64,000 nt of DNA from Candidatus Hinthialibacter antarcticus (GTDB lineage: Bacteria > Hinthialibacterota > Hinthialibacteria > Hinthialibacterales > Hinthialibacteraceae), in contig JAVCCE010000054.1 in NCBI GenBank assembly GCA_030765645.1, positions 3,568 to 67,567 on the forward strand. The letters run 5' to 3'. Position numbers and translations under genes: made by a program. Positions within the stretch are counted from its first letter, which is position 1, and each line of letters opens with the position of its first letter. Below are positions 45,387 to 54,534 of the stretch, one piece after another. A model generated the notes under the pieces. It was not told where the DNA came from, did no database searches, and was given only the letters and a program-made list of their open reading frames with translations.

Positions 45387-46651
45387 AAAGCAGCCGTATC
45401 TTTGTAGAAGTTCAAATGGGCGTCAAGAATTTGATGAACCACAAATTACGTTCACTGCTAACCATGCTGGGGATCGTGTTCGGCGTGTGCAGCGTAATAT
45501 CCATGCTGGCGGTAGGGGAGGGGGCCAACCAGGATGTGATGCAGCAGATACAAAAACTGGGCAGCAACAACATCATTATTAATACAATCAAACCTATCGA
45601 GAGTGAAACATCAAAAGAAGTATTGGCGCGGATGAATGTGTATGGATTAAAGTACGCCGATCATACCCGGATCAAAGATAGTTTTGTTCATATTACTCAG
45701 GCAGTCCCCGTGAAAATTGTGCGCAATGAAGCCCAGTTGGGTTCGCGTACGCTGGATATCCGAGTGTTAGGCGTAACACCGGATTGGTTTGATCTGGTCA
45801 AGCGAAATCTCATCGCAGGCCGCACATTAACCGGGAGTGATTTAGAAACGCATTCGAAAATCGTTGTTTTGACTGAATACGGCGCCCGCAGATTGCTTGC
45901 GGCCGAAGAAAGCATCGGCGCCCACTTGCGTATTGGCGGCGTTGTATTTGAAGTGGCGGGCATCGTGCAAAGCGAAGGCAGCCAAGGCAGTAATGTTCAA
46001 ACCCCAGATCAACAGATCGACGCTTACATGCCCATCAATGTTGCTCGAAACCGTTTCGGCGATGTCACCCTTAAGCGAACGGCTGGCGCGGAAATCCGTG
46101 AAAAAGTTGAACTCCATCAAATTATTGTCCAAGTTGACCGCTTAGAAAATGTCGAGAGTGCAGCTGCTGGAATTGAATATGTATTAGATCGGTTTCACAA
46201 ACAGTCTGATTATCAAATTAATGTACCTCTTGCTTTGCTCAATCAAGCGCGTCAAACCAAGCGAACATTTAATATCGTCTTAGGAACCATCGCAGGCATC
46301 AGTTTGTTGGTCGGCGGCATCGGCATCATGAACATTATGCTGGCGGCGGTGACAGAACGCACCCGGGAGATCGGCGTCAGACGGGCCATCGGCGCGAAAC
46401 GAAAACAAATTATCCGGCAGTTTCTGATTGAAACAATTACGTTATCTGTCAGCGGAGGACTCGTGGGGGCGATGGTCGGAGTTTTGATTCCAAAAGCCAT
46501 TACCCATTTCGCCAATATGCCGACCGTGATAACGATTGAGAGCCTCATTCTTTCAATTGGGATCAGCCTGAGCGTTGGGATCATCTTTGGGCTGTATCCC
46601 GCGATTCGCGCCGCCAATTTAGACCCAATCATCGCGCTGAGACATGAATAA
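45383..46651 (+). CDS. ABC transporter permease (MacB/FtsX-type)
   Basis: LRSLLTMLGIVFGV, ISLLVGGIGIMNIML, ERTREIG, QFLIE, GLYPA..AA.LDPI.ALR. Confidence 0.95.
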   Translation: MKSSRIFVEVQMGVKNLMNHKLRSLLTMLGIVFGVCSVISMLAVGEGANQDVMQQIQKLGSNNIIINTIKPIESETSKEVLARMNVYGLKYADHTRIKDSFVHITQAVPVKIVRNEAQLGSRTLDIRVLGVTPDWFDLVKRNLIAGRTLTGSDLETHSKIVVLTEYGARRLLAAEESIGAHLRIGGVVFEVAGIVQSEGSQGSNVQTPDQQIDAYMPINVARNRFGDVTLKRTAGAEIREKVELHQIIVQVDRLENVESAAAGIEYVLDRFHKQSDYQINVPLALLNQARQTKRTFNIVLGTIAGISLLVGGIGIMNIMLAAVTERTREIGVRRAIGAKRKQIIRQFLIETITLSVSGGLVGAMVGVLIPKAITHFANMPTVITIESLILSIGISLSVGIIFGLYPAIRAANLDPIIALRHE

Positions 46652-46913
46652 TTCCTGCGAAAAATGAGATTCTTCGTAGCCGATTCGACTTTAAAAGAAT
46701 GATTACGCTGCAAGATCGCGCCATAGAACGCCTCCACCAAACTAAAAATAACCGGTGATTTAATTAGCAATCAAAAAAAAGTATACAGAAAGTCTTCTAG
46801 CGTTGTATGATAGTGGAAATCGATTTTATTTGTGCTTGCTAATAAAATCAAAACATTGATGCCTAATCCTTCTTTGTCAACACATCAAACTGATCTACAG
46901 GAGAAATTAACAA

Positions 46914-48791
46914 ATGATTCGCTATTTCAGTATGATAGTTATCGCATTGTTACTTGCGGCGCCTCAACTATCGAATTCTGCAACCAACAACACTGGCAAT
47001 AACCCTTGTTTTCTCGTTTTACAGGTCGCGTCTAACGCAAATGTGTTTTGGGCGCAAGATGGAATTGATATCGGCGTCGATGTTGGCGCTGACGGCAGCT
47101 ATGAATATTGGCTTTCTGAAGATACATCCGTCACCGGGTTGTGGACCACGACCAAAGGCGTCAGCGATTTTGACGCTGAATCCCCTTCGGCCGACAACTG
47201 GCGCACCATCATCATTAACCTGGAACAATACGCTGGAGAAGAAGCGCGCATTCAAATTCGTGACAATAATACGCAAGACTACATCGCTATCAACGCGATC
47301 CGCTTGAACAACGCAGACGGCGTCACCATTCCCAACGGCGTTCCTAACGGTTTTTTTGAAGACGCGTCTTTGGCTGGTTGGTCGGTTGCCAGCGGTGATA
47401 TGACTGCCGCTGATTTAATCACTGAAAACGCTGGCGCGGCGCCTTATGGCAGCGGTTATCTCAGCACCAGCAACGCAGGTACGGTTGTGTTGGAGTCGGA
47501 TGTTTTCGCTCTCGAACCAGTTAACAGTTTCATCTATGGAACCTACGCTGGGCCGGTTTCGTCCCGATGGGATATCGAAGGTCTCAACGGCAGCGATAAT
47601 GGCGCCTATGTCTACGTTGACGTCGGAACCGACTCGGCTGATCCTGACGGTGAATTTACTGCGGGAACCGATGTTCCTTTGTATGGCTACTTTTGGCAAA
47701 ACGCTGACGGCGCTCATGAAGTTTTTGTGATCAATACCTCCGGCCTCGAAGGCCGCCGCGCTCAATTTGTCGCAGTCGATAATTCCGAATCACATGCGAT
47801 TTCATTGGATGCGATCCGCATGAATTATGATCACAGTGTGATTGTTAACGGCGGTTTTGAAGACGGCTTCGAAGGCGGCGTTGTCCCGGAAGGATTTGAC
47901 GGAACCAGCGTTCGTCCGTTAACCACTCATCCCAGCGGTGGATTGCCCGGCTGGACGATAAACAACTTCGGCGATGATCCAGAGGCAGTGTTCACATATT
48001 TCGCCGGTCCCGGCGGTGATTTTTCCCGCTCTGATTTTGTTTGGGTCGGTTCTGGAAATTTCGTTGATGGAGCGAACGACCAAGGGCTTCAATTTGGAAT
48101 CGAATTACGTTCGGATGTTTTTGTGATTCAACCGGTTCCTGCGGCGGACAGCAGCGTGTTTTTGTCTTTTAATTCAGCCCAGGTCAGCAACCGAATTGAT
48201 TCGGCCCCCGATCCCGCCGACCCTGACGATATGGGTGTGTTCAGCACGATCCAAATGCAAGTCGATGTCGACAGCAACGGCGCGTTTGAAGACGCCGACG
48301 ATTTTGTTTATCGCAATCAAAACCAAGGGATGTCATGGAACCGCGAACAACGCGGCGAGTTGGATGAATGGCATTTCCCTGAATATCGCATGTACATTGA
48401 TGAGGCGCACCAGGGCTTGACCGCCCGCCTCTATATCGCCGACTTACAAACCGGCGGCTGGGGTTGGATGGGCGTTGACGATTTTTATTTCTGGGACGGA
48501 GACAGCGCAGACTTGGCGTTCCCCAACTCTGACTTCGAAGAAGGCACTTTAAACAACTGGGTCGAAGACAGTGAGATTATGAATTTCGACAGTTGGCTGT
48601 CGGCGACGCCGGACAATGTCGGCGGCGATGCGTTACATAACGTGCTCAATGATGTGATCTCATGGGTTGACGGAAACTATGCCGTTGATTCAAACCAATC
48701 CGGCGATGGTAATGTCGGCGAGTTAACATCTGAGCCATTCACCATCCCGAGCTTGCAGACGTCGCCTGTTCCAAACTGGTCTGTGTATTAA
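46914..48791 (+). CDS. Secreted acidic beta-rich protein with three internal repeats
   Basis: Signal peptide; repeats PNGFFE/VNGGFE/PNSDFE, LESDVF/LRSDVF/LTSEPF, VDV x3; tail TSPVPNWSVY. Confidence 0.85.
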   Translation: MIRYFSMIVIALLLAAPQLSNSATNNTGNNPCFLVLQVASNANVFWAQDGIDIGVDVGADGSYEYWLSEDTSVTGLWTTTKGVSDFDAESPSADNWRTIIINLEQYAGEEARIQIRDNNTQDYIAINAIRLNNADGVTIPNGVPNGFFEDASLAGWSVASGDMTAADLITENAGAAPYGSGYLSTSNAGTVVLESDVFALEPVNSFIYGTYAGPVSSRWDIEGLNGSDNGAYVYVDVGTDSADPDGEFTAGTDVPLYGYFWQNADGAHEVFVINTSGLEGRRAQFVAVDNSESHAISLDAIRMNYDHSVIVNGGFEDGFEGGVVPEGFDGTSVRPLTTHPSGGLPGWTINNFGDDPEAVFTYFAGPGGDFSRSDFVWVGSGNFVDGANDQGLQFGIELRSDVFVIQPVPAADSSVFLSFNSAQVSNRIDSAPDPADPDDMGVFSTIQMQVDVDSNGAFEDADDFVYRNQNQGMSWNREQRGELDEWHFPEYRMYIDEAHQGLTARLYIADLQTGGWGWMGVDDFYFWDGDSADLAFPNSDFEEGTLNNWVEDSEIMNFDSWLSATPDNVGGDALHNVLNDVISWVDGNYAVDSNQSGDGNVGELTSEPFTIPSLQTSPVPNWSVY

Positions 48792-48820
48792 TGCGCCTGA
48801 TTGTGAACGGATGCGATACC

Positions 48821-48848
48821 AAGCGGGGCCTTTGCAGGCCCCGCTTTT
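48821..48848 (+). terminator. Rho-independent terminator
   Basis: aagcggggcct-ttgc-aggccccgctt followed by tt. Confidence 0.8.
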
Positions 48849-48937
48849 CATTATGCTAAAATAGGTTGAGAGATTTTATAGTGGTTGCCAGAAAACTGTG
48901 CGGATTGAGTTTTCATCACTGTATCTATCGCTGAGCC

Positions 48938-48956
48938 CCTGCCTGCGGCAGGCAGG
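48938..48956. repeat. Short REP-like palindrome
   Basis: cctgcctgc-g-gcaggcagg, intergenic, single copy in the window. Confidence 0.5.
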
Positions 48957-49004
48957 CTGCGGGCGCGCTTAACGCACAGTATTTTGTCAATCGCTCTAGA
49001 TTGA

Positions 49005-51812
49005 ATGAAAGTGGACGGAATGAAACAGTTTGCATTGTCGGCTCTGGTTTCTTTTTTTTACCTGTACATTGCCATCGCTGTGACAGCGCAAACTGTTGAT
49101 ATCCAATCAGTCATTGATTCGATTCAGAAACATGAGTTGGCCGAAGCAGAAGAAATCCTACGCCAGTCTCAAGGCCCACTGGCCGGCCCTGAACAAAAAC
49201 AACTGCACACTTTCATCAGTCAACATTCCCCGCAAGGCGATTGGATTTCTCTATTGCGTTTGATCGCTGAAAAGGCGGAGGGCAACCCGGAGTTTTTATT
49301 TTTCTTATCGCAGGCGTTATGGCGAACGGGGGATGAAAGCGGAGCGCTCAAAGTCAGCGGCGAAGCGATGGCCGCCGCGCCCATCGATTTGAATTTGCAA
49401 TACAAGTGCGCCGCCATCGCGCGAACCCTAGGCCGCTTAGATGTAGCCAAACAACGCATTGGACATATTCTTGAACAAGACGCCAATCACCCTGATACAT
49501 TGTTTCTGCAAGGCAGTATCTGGGCGGAAGAAGGCGAAAATGAAAAAGCGAAGAACGCGCTGCTGCAAGTTATTCAATCGAACCCCAAGCATTTTCGGTC
49601 GCTGTTCGAGTTAGGAAAACTCGAAACCCGGCTGGGCAATGATGAGCAGGCGGTTCAATATTTGAGCGAAGCCATCAATGCGTATCCGTTCTTTCGAGAA
49701 GCGTATGCTGCGTTGCGTACGCCATTATCGCGCTTGGGCCGCAAGGACGAGTTCTCGCGCTTGCAAGAGATTATTCAGACAATGAGAGCGTGGAACCCCG
49801 ATCAATATCGTCAATTGCGCTACATGTATGAAAACGCATTCACGATTCCAATCGAACAACGCACGGTTCTTGCGCAAGAGTTGCTGTCGATTCGCCAGTT
49901 TGAAAAAGCCATGCAGTATTTAACGAACCTGAATAAAAATAATTTGCTGAACGACCCGCTGCGAATGGCGCTGGCGCAATTGCATTACCAAAAAAAAGAG
50001 TTCCCGGATTGTCTTTCAATTCTTGGCGAAATTACAGATTCAACCATCACGCAAACAGAGCGCTTTGTTGGAATAAAAGGGTGGTCGCTTTTGGGGACAG
50101 GAGATACTGAGAGCAGCCTGGATTTATACAATCAATACAAAGAGAAATTTCCAGGCTCGCCAAACTTCGCTGCTTTAGGCGCCGCATTAAGCAAGATAGA
50201 TAAGAAAGAAAATACCGGGCAATCGACTTTAAATGTTCAAGCAAAAAAGACATTTCAATTTAGGGATGCGTCTAATGAATCCGGCCTGGACGCCTTTCAA
50301 CACCGGATGGGGCACAAAGATAAACGCTGGATCATTGACGCAATGGGGTCTGGCGTTGCGGTCGGCGATTATGACAACGACGGCGACGACGATGTCTATT
50401 TTGTGAATGGCAGGCCCGACTTGAATGAAGATGATGGTCAATGGCGCAACGGTTTGTTTCGCAATGACGGCGGGCGTTTTGTTGATGTGACAGAGCGAGC
50501 GCATGTCGGCGACACGGGCTGGGGCATGTGCGCTGTGTTTGGCGATGTCAACAACGACGGCTGGCTTGATTTGTTTGTTGGCAACTTCGGCGCTGATGTT
50601 CTATACATGAACAACGGCGACGGCTCATTTACCGAACGTACCCAAGACGCGGGGGTGAGCCATAACGGCTACGCAGCGGCGGCGGTATTCGGTGACGTCG
50701 ACCTCGACGGCGACCTCGACCTCTATGTCGGCAACTATGTTGAATTCGATCCCAAACAACACGGCAGCCTGCGCGACCGCTATCATGGCATAGACGTCAT
50801 GCGAGGGCCGATGGGGCTTAATTATCAGAATGACCTTTTGTACTTCAACAAAGGCGATGGAACATTTGAAGACGTTTCTCAGCAAAGCCAAATCAATATT
50901 TCGGAAGGCCGCGCGATGGGCGCGTCAATGGCTGACTTTGATCTCGACGGCGACCTCGACCTCTATGTGGCGAACGACTCAACCTATAACCATGTGTTGC
51001 TCAATAACGGTAAAGGGCGCTTTGAAGATTCCAGTTTCGTTTCCGGCGCTGCTGTGAACGAATCAGGCCGCGAAGGCGCCAGCATGGGCGTCGCAACCGG
51101 CGATTACAATAACGATGGGCTGATTGATATTTTTGTGACGGCTTACGAACAAGAGCCTGATACGCTTTTTCAAAACAAAGACGGCGTACTTTTCACTGAT
51201 GTAACCGGCCCGTCGAAACTCACATCGCCATCCCATTGGTTGACCACGTGGGGAACAGGCTTTTGTGATTTTGATTCGGACGGTTTTTTAGATATTTATA
51301 CAGTCAACGGGCATACCTACCCCCAGGTTGCCCAGCTCAACAACGACCGGAGTTATACCCAAGGCGTTTCGTTTTATCAAAATATAGATGGCGAACATTT
51401 TCGTTCTGAGAAGTTAGAATTTGACGCGGCAAGAACCATCGCCGGCCGCGGAAGCGCCTTGCTCGATTATGACAACGACGGCGATATGGATATCGTCATC
51501 AATTGCATCGACGATTCGCCCCGGTTATTGGAGAACCAATCAAGCCAAGGCAATTGGTTGAAAGTGAAATTAAACGGAACATCCGCCCAGACATTCGGAG
51601 TTCGCGTCTTTATCGAACACAAAGGCCAACAGTGGACGCGTACCGTCGATGGCGGCTCAAGTTATTTATCTCAAAACTCTCAAACGCTTCACTTCGGTCT
51701 TGGCGAAATAGACCAAGTTGAAAAAATTACAATCCACTGGCTTACCCGGCCTCCGCAAACGTATTCGGATGTTTCAACCAATCAAACTTTGATCGTAACC
51801 ACACGGTCCTAA
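49005..51812 (+). CDS. TPR + FG-GAP + ASPIC/UnbV (CRTAC1-like) secreted protein
   Basis: N-terminal TPR helices; GSGVAVGDYDNDGDDD repeats; GGSSYLSQNSQTLHFGLG; start 49005 or 49020. Confidence 0.9.
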   Translation: MKVDGMKQFALSALVSFFYLYIAIAVTAQTVDIQSVIDSIQKHELAEAEEILRQSQGPLAGPEQKQLHTFISQHSPQGDWISLLRLIAEKAEGNPEFLFFLSQALWRTGDESGALKVSGEAMAAAPIDLNLQYKCAAIARTLGRLDVAKQRIGHILEQDANHPDTLFLQGSIWAEEGENEKAKNALLQVIQSNPKHFRSLFELGKLETRLGNDEQAVQYLSEAINAYPFFREAYAALRTPLSRLGRKDEFSRLQEIIQTMRAWNPDQYRQLRYMYENAFTIPIEQRTVLAQELLSIRQFEKAMQYLTNLNKNNLLNDPLRMALAQLHYQKKEFPDCLSILGEITDSTITQTERFVGIKGWSLLGTGDTESSLDLYNQYKEKFPGSPNFAALGAALSKIDKKENTGQSTLNVQAKKTFQFRDASNESGLDAFQHRMGHKDKRWIIDAMGSGVAVGDYDNDGDDDVYFVNGRPDLNEDDGQWRNGLFRNDGGRFVDVTERAHVGDTGWGMCAVFGDVNNDGWLDLFVGNFGADVLYMNNGDGSFTERTQDAGVSHNGYAAAAVFGDVDLDGDLDLYVGNYVEFDPKQHGSLRDRYHGIDVMRGPMGLNYQNDLLYFNKGDGTFEDVSQQSQINISEGRAMGASMADFDLDGDLDLYVANDSTYNHVLLNNGKGRFEDSSFVSGAAVNESGREGASMGVATGDYNNDGLIDIFVTAYEQEPDTLFQNKDGVLFTDVTGPSKLTSPSHWLTTWGTGFCDFDSDGFLDIYTVNGHTYPQVAQLNNDRSYTQGVSFYQNIDGEHFRSEKLEFDAARTIAGRGSALLDYDNDGDMDIVINCIDDSPRLLENQSSQGNWLKVKLNGTSAQTFGVRVFIEHKGQQWTRTVDGGSSYLSQNSQTLHFGLGEIDQVEKITIHWLTRPPQTYSDVSTNQTLIVTTRS

Positions 51813-51820
51813 CGTCACTA

Positions 51821-51857
51821 TGTGGCATGGGTGCAACTCTGCAAGAACTCTGCTCGC
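51821..51857. repeat. Isolated fragment of the MITE hairpin arm
   Basis: tgtggcatgggtgcaactctgcaagaactctgctcgc, 8 bp after a stop codon. Confidence 0.65.
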
Positions 51858-51861
51858 GTTA

Positions 51862-52094
51862 GGGCTTTTACTTTCTGGATGCTTTTTTTATACATTGAAT
51901 TGAGATTTCGCTGCATGTGGCATGGGCACATCTCTGCTCGCTTCGGTGCGGGCTTTCAGGCCCTTTTGCACAGGCGCTCCCAGAGTTGCACCCATGCCTG
52001 AATTGGTTTGTCAATTATTGATACGCCGGGATATGTTTTCGTAATCAAAATCATGACCATCCATCAATGGAGGCACTCGCTTACCGGATGAACC
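51862..52094. mobile_element. MITE copy 4 (degenerate left part, intact hairpin and ...ccggatgaacc end)
   Basis: Colinear with copy 1 from ttcgctgcat (~51907); weaker match tggat.cttt...attgaa further left; left boundary approximate. Confidence 0.8.
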
Positions 52095-52305
52095 TTTTTT
52101 CATATATCGGAAAGTTATTCTCAACAAAAAACCTGCTTTGGTTTCCTTTTATGATTTATCACCTGTATATTGTTTGGAATCTCAACTGTTTTTTGGTAGA
52201 TTCATTGTCAACAAAGAAGAATGAAGTAAGCGAGGGTTTTGATGCAGCGTGATCAAATCGTAACAATATCCCACAGCGCAGGTTGACAATTTAGTGAGGA
52301 ATAAA

Positions 52306-53139
52306 ATGTATCGTGTATTTCAATTGTTGTTTTTATTTTTTGCTGTAATTCACTTAGGAGCGAGCAGCGATTTCACTCCAATACAAATGCCTGAGCGTGG
52401 AATTTGCGCTCACCGGGGAGCAATGAATACTCACCCGGAGAATACATTGCCTGCCTTTCGTGAAGCAATAAGACTCGGCGTGCAGATGATCGAATTCGAT
52501 GTGCAGGCGTCGAAAGATGGTCATTTAGTTGTTATGCATGACTCTACGGTTGATCGCACGACAGATGGAAACGGCGAAGTCTCTGAACTTACATTAAGTG
52601 AACTTCGTAAATTAGACGCCGGAATAAAGAAGGGAGAACAGTTCAAAGGAACGCGAATTCCGACTCTCAGAGAAACCTTGCAGATTATGCCAGAGAATAT
52701 TTGGCTGAATATCCATTTGAAAGATGGAGAGAAAATAGTTGCAAGTGTTGCCAAAATGATTTTGAAAGAAAAACGTCAGCGCCAGTCATTTCTTGCATGC
52801 AGTATAATGGCGGCGCAAAGCGCTCGAGAGATTAGTCCTGGTATACAAATTTGCAACATGGACAGGCAACGGAATACCATGGATTATGCAAATGAAACGA
52901 TTCATCATAAGGCGCAGTTCATTCAGCTTCTTGGAGACGGCGCCGTTTTCTCTGAAGTCATATCCAAATTAAGAAAACATAAAATTCGCATAAACTATTA
53001 TCGCGCAGACACTCCCGAAATCTGTTGTGAATTACTGTCCGCAGGAATTGATTTCCCGCTTGTAAACGACCCTGGAGCAATGATGACCAAAATTCAAACC
53101 GAGTTAGGAATCAAGCCATTGGTTCCCATTTATCGATAG
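52306..53139 (+). CDS. Glycerophosphodiester phosphodiesterase family protein
   Basis: AHRG, PENT, IEFDV, KDG..VVMHD..VDRTT, IPTL; signal peptide. Confidence 0.92.
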   Translation: MYRVFQLLFLFFAVIHLGASSDFTPIQMPERGICAHRGAMNTHPENTLPAFREAIRLGVQMIEFDVQASKDGHLVVMHDSTVDRTTDGNGEVSELTLSELRKLDAGIKKGEQFKGTRIPTLRETLQIMPENIWLNIHLKDGEKIVASVAKMILKEKRQRQSFLACSIMAAQSAREISPGIQICNMDRQRNTMDYANETIHHKAQFIQLLGDGAVFSEVISKLRKHKIRINYYRADTPEICCELLSAGIDFPLVNDPGAMMTKIQTELGIKPLVPIYR

Positions 53140-53188
53140 CATGTTTCAGAATTAATTTGGTTCAGGTTTTTGGAACCGCACAAGAACG

Positions 53189-53368
53189 ATCAGGCATGGG
53201 TACATCTCTGCTCGCTTCGGTGCGGGCTATCATGCCCTTATGCACAGGCGCTCCCAGAGTTGCGCCCATGCCTGAATTGGTTGGTCGATTTTTGATATGC
53301 CGAAATACGTTTTCGGAATCAAAATTATGATTATCCAGCAATATAATTACTCACTTGCCAGATGGACC
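53189..53368. mobile_element. MITE copy 5 (partial: hairpin plus degenerate ...ccagatggacc end)
   Basis: Colinear with copies 1 and 4 from atcaggcatggg. Confidence 0.8.
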
Positions 53369-53403
53369 ATAAAAGTGATTTTTGAATTTGCGCGGCGCCA
53401 TCC

Positions 53404-54405
53404 TTATGTTAACGGGCCGTAGCGCGTCCCCAGATCAGGCGCAATTTGTTTGCCCGTTTCGACTAACGCTGTGTGTTGTTGGGGCGTCAGAGGTTGATAT
53501 TGCTTGGCGATTTCTGTGTTTTGAATGGCCTGCTCAACAGTATAAGGCCCGACAACGGCGACTTCGACTCGTTCTAGATCAAGAGCGTACGCCATCGCTT
53601 GCGGCATGCGCTCCTGAGGAGTCACGCATCCGACATATCCTTTACGGTGATTGGGGAAACCGCCCTTGATCCCGACATAAACCTTCATCGCCGCCAGCGC
53701 CACATTGTGCTTCTGGGCGGCGGGCAATATCTTCTTGTGGAAATCATAGGTAAACGCATCGGCGTAATTGATTACAGTCATGGCCACATCGATCTGACCG
53801 GTCTCGATCATGCGGACAACCCGGTCGGGCCGACAGTGTGACGTCACTCCAATAAAGCGGATCTTGCCTGCTTCTTTTTGTTTGAGGAGATAGGCGAGTA
53901 TCCCGTCATTGGCCAACACCTTATCGATGTCTTTGCCGCCGACATGATGAATGTGAACCAGGTCAATATAATCGGTTTTGAGTTGCCGCAGCGATTCACT
54001 CAATAGCGACTCGGCTTTTGATCCGCTATCGGTCCATGCCTTGGTCACGAGAAAGAGTTTGTCGCGCTGTTGGGGAACAATATGGCTCAATATTTCTTCT
54101 GCATTGCCGTAACTTCTGGCTGTATCAATATAGTTAACGCCGCGGTCAATGGCAGCCCTGAAAATTTTAATGCCTTCCTGTACGTCAACGGGGCCTTCAC
54201 CTACCGGGGCAGTGCCAAGCCCTAAAATCGACACTTTGGCTCCAGTGCGGCCTAATACGCGCATCGGCATGGCGTCGGAGGGGGAGCCTTCATCGGCCTT
54301 GGCCATTTGAGCGCTCAGGGTAAGGGTTGCGCCCACGCCTGACGATTGTTTTAGAAACTCGCGTCGATCTAAATGATTTGGCAAACTCTTTTGGTTGAAG
54401 CTCAT
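53404..54405 (-). CDS. Tat-signal aldo/keto reductase
   Basis: DRREFLK; LGRTG, IDTARSYG, LVTK, SLRQLKTDYIDLVHIH, GKIRFIGVT. Confidence 0.92.
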   Translation of the reverse strand: MSFNQKSLPNHLDRREFLKQSSGVGATLTLSAQMAKADEGSPSDAMPMRVLGRTGAKVSILGLGTAPVGEGPVDVQEGIKIFRAAIDRGVNYIDTARSYGNAEEILSHIVPQQRDKLFLVTKAWTDSGSKAESLLSESLRQLKTDYIDLVHIHHVGGKDIDKVLANDGILAYLLKQKEAGKIRFIGVTSHCRPDRVVRMIETGQIDVAMTVINYADAFTYDFHKKILPAAQKHNVALAAMKVYVGIKGGFPNHRKGYVGCVTPQERMPQAMAYALDLERVEVAVVGPYTVEQAIQNTEIAKQYQPLTPQQHTALVETGKQIAPDLGTRYGPLT

Positions 54406-54534
54406 TGGCTCTCTCCTGCATGATTCAATTTCTCATTGACAAATACTACCGCACCGTTAATTGCTTTTCAAACGAATTGTTCCATAAACTGAATGCAGAT
54501 TGATATCTGAATGGATACCAAACGTGATCGCATT

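Noticed and set aside
50690..50975. DNA repeat gacctcgacggcgacctcgacctctatgt within the ASPIC gene
   Set aside because: Explained by FG-GAP protein repeats (DLDGDLDLYV)
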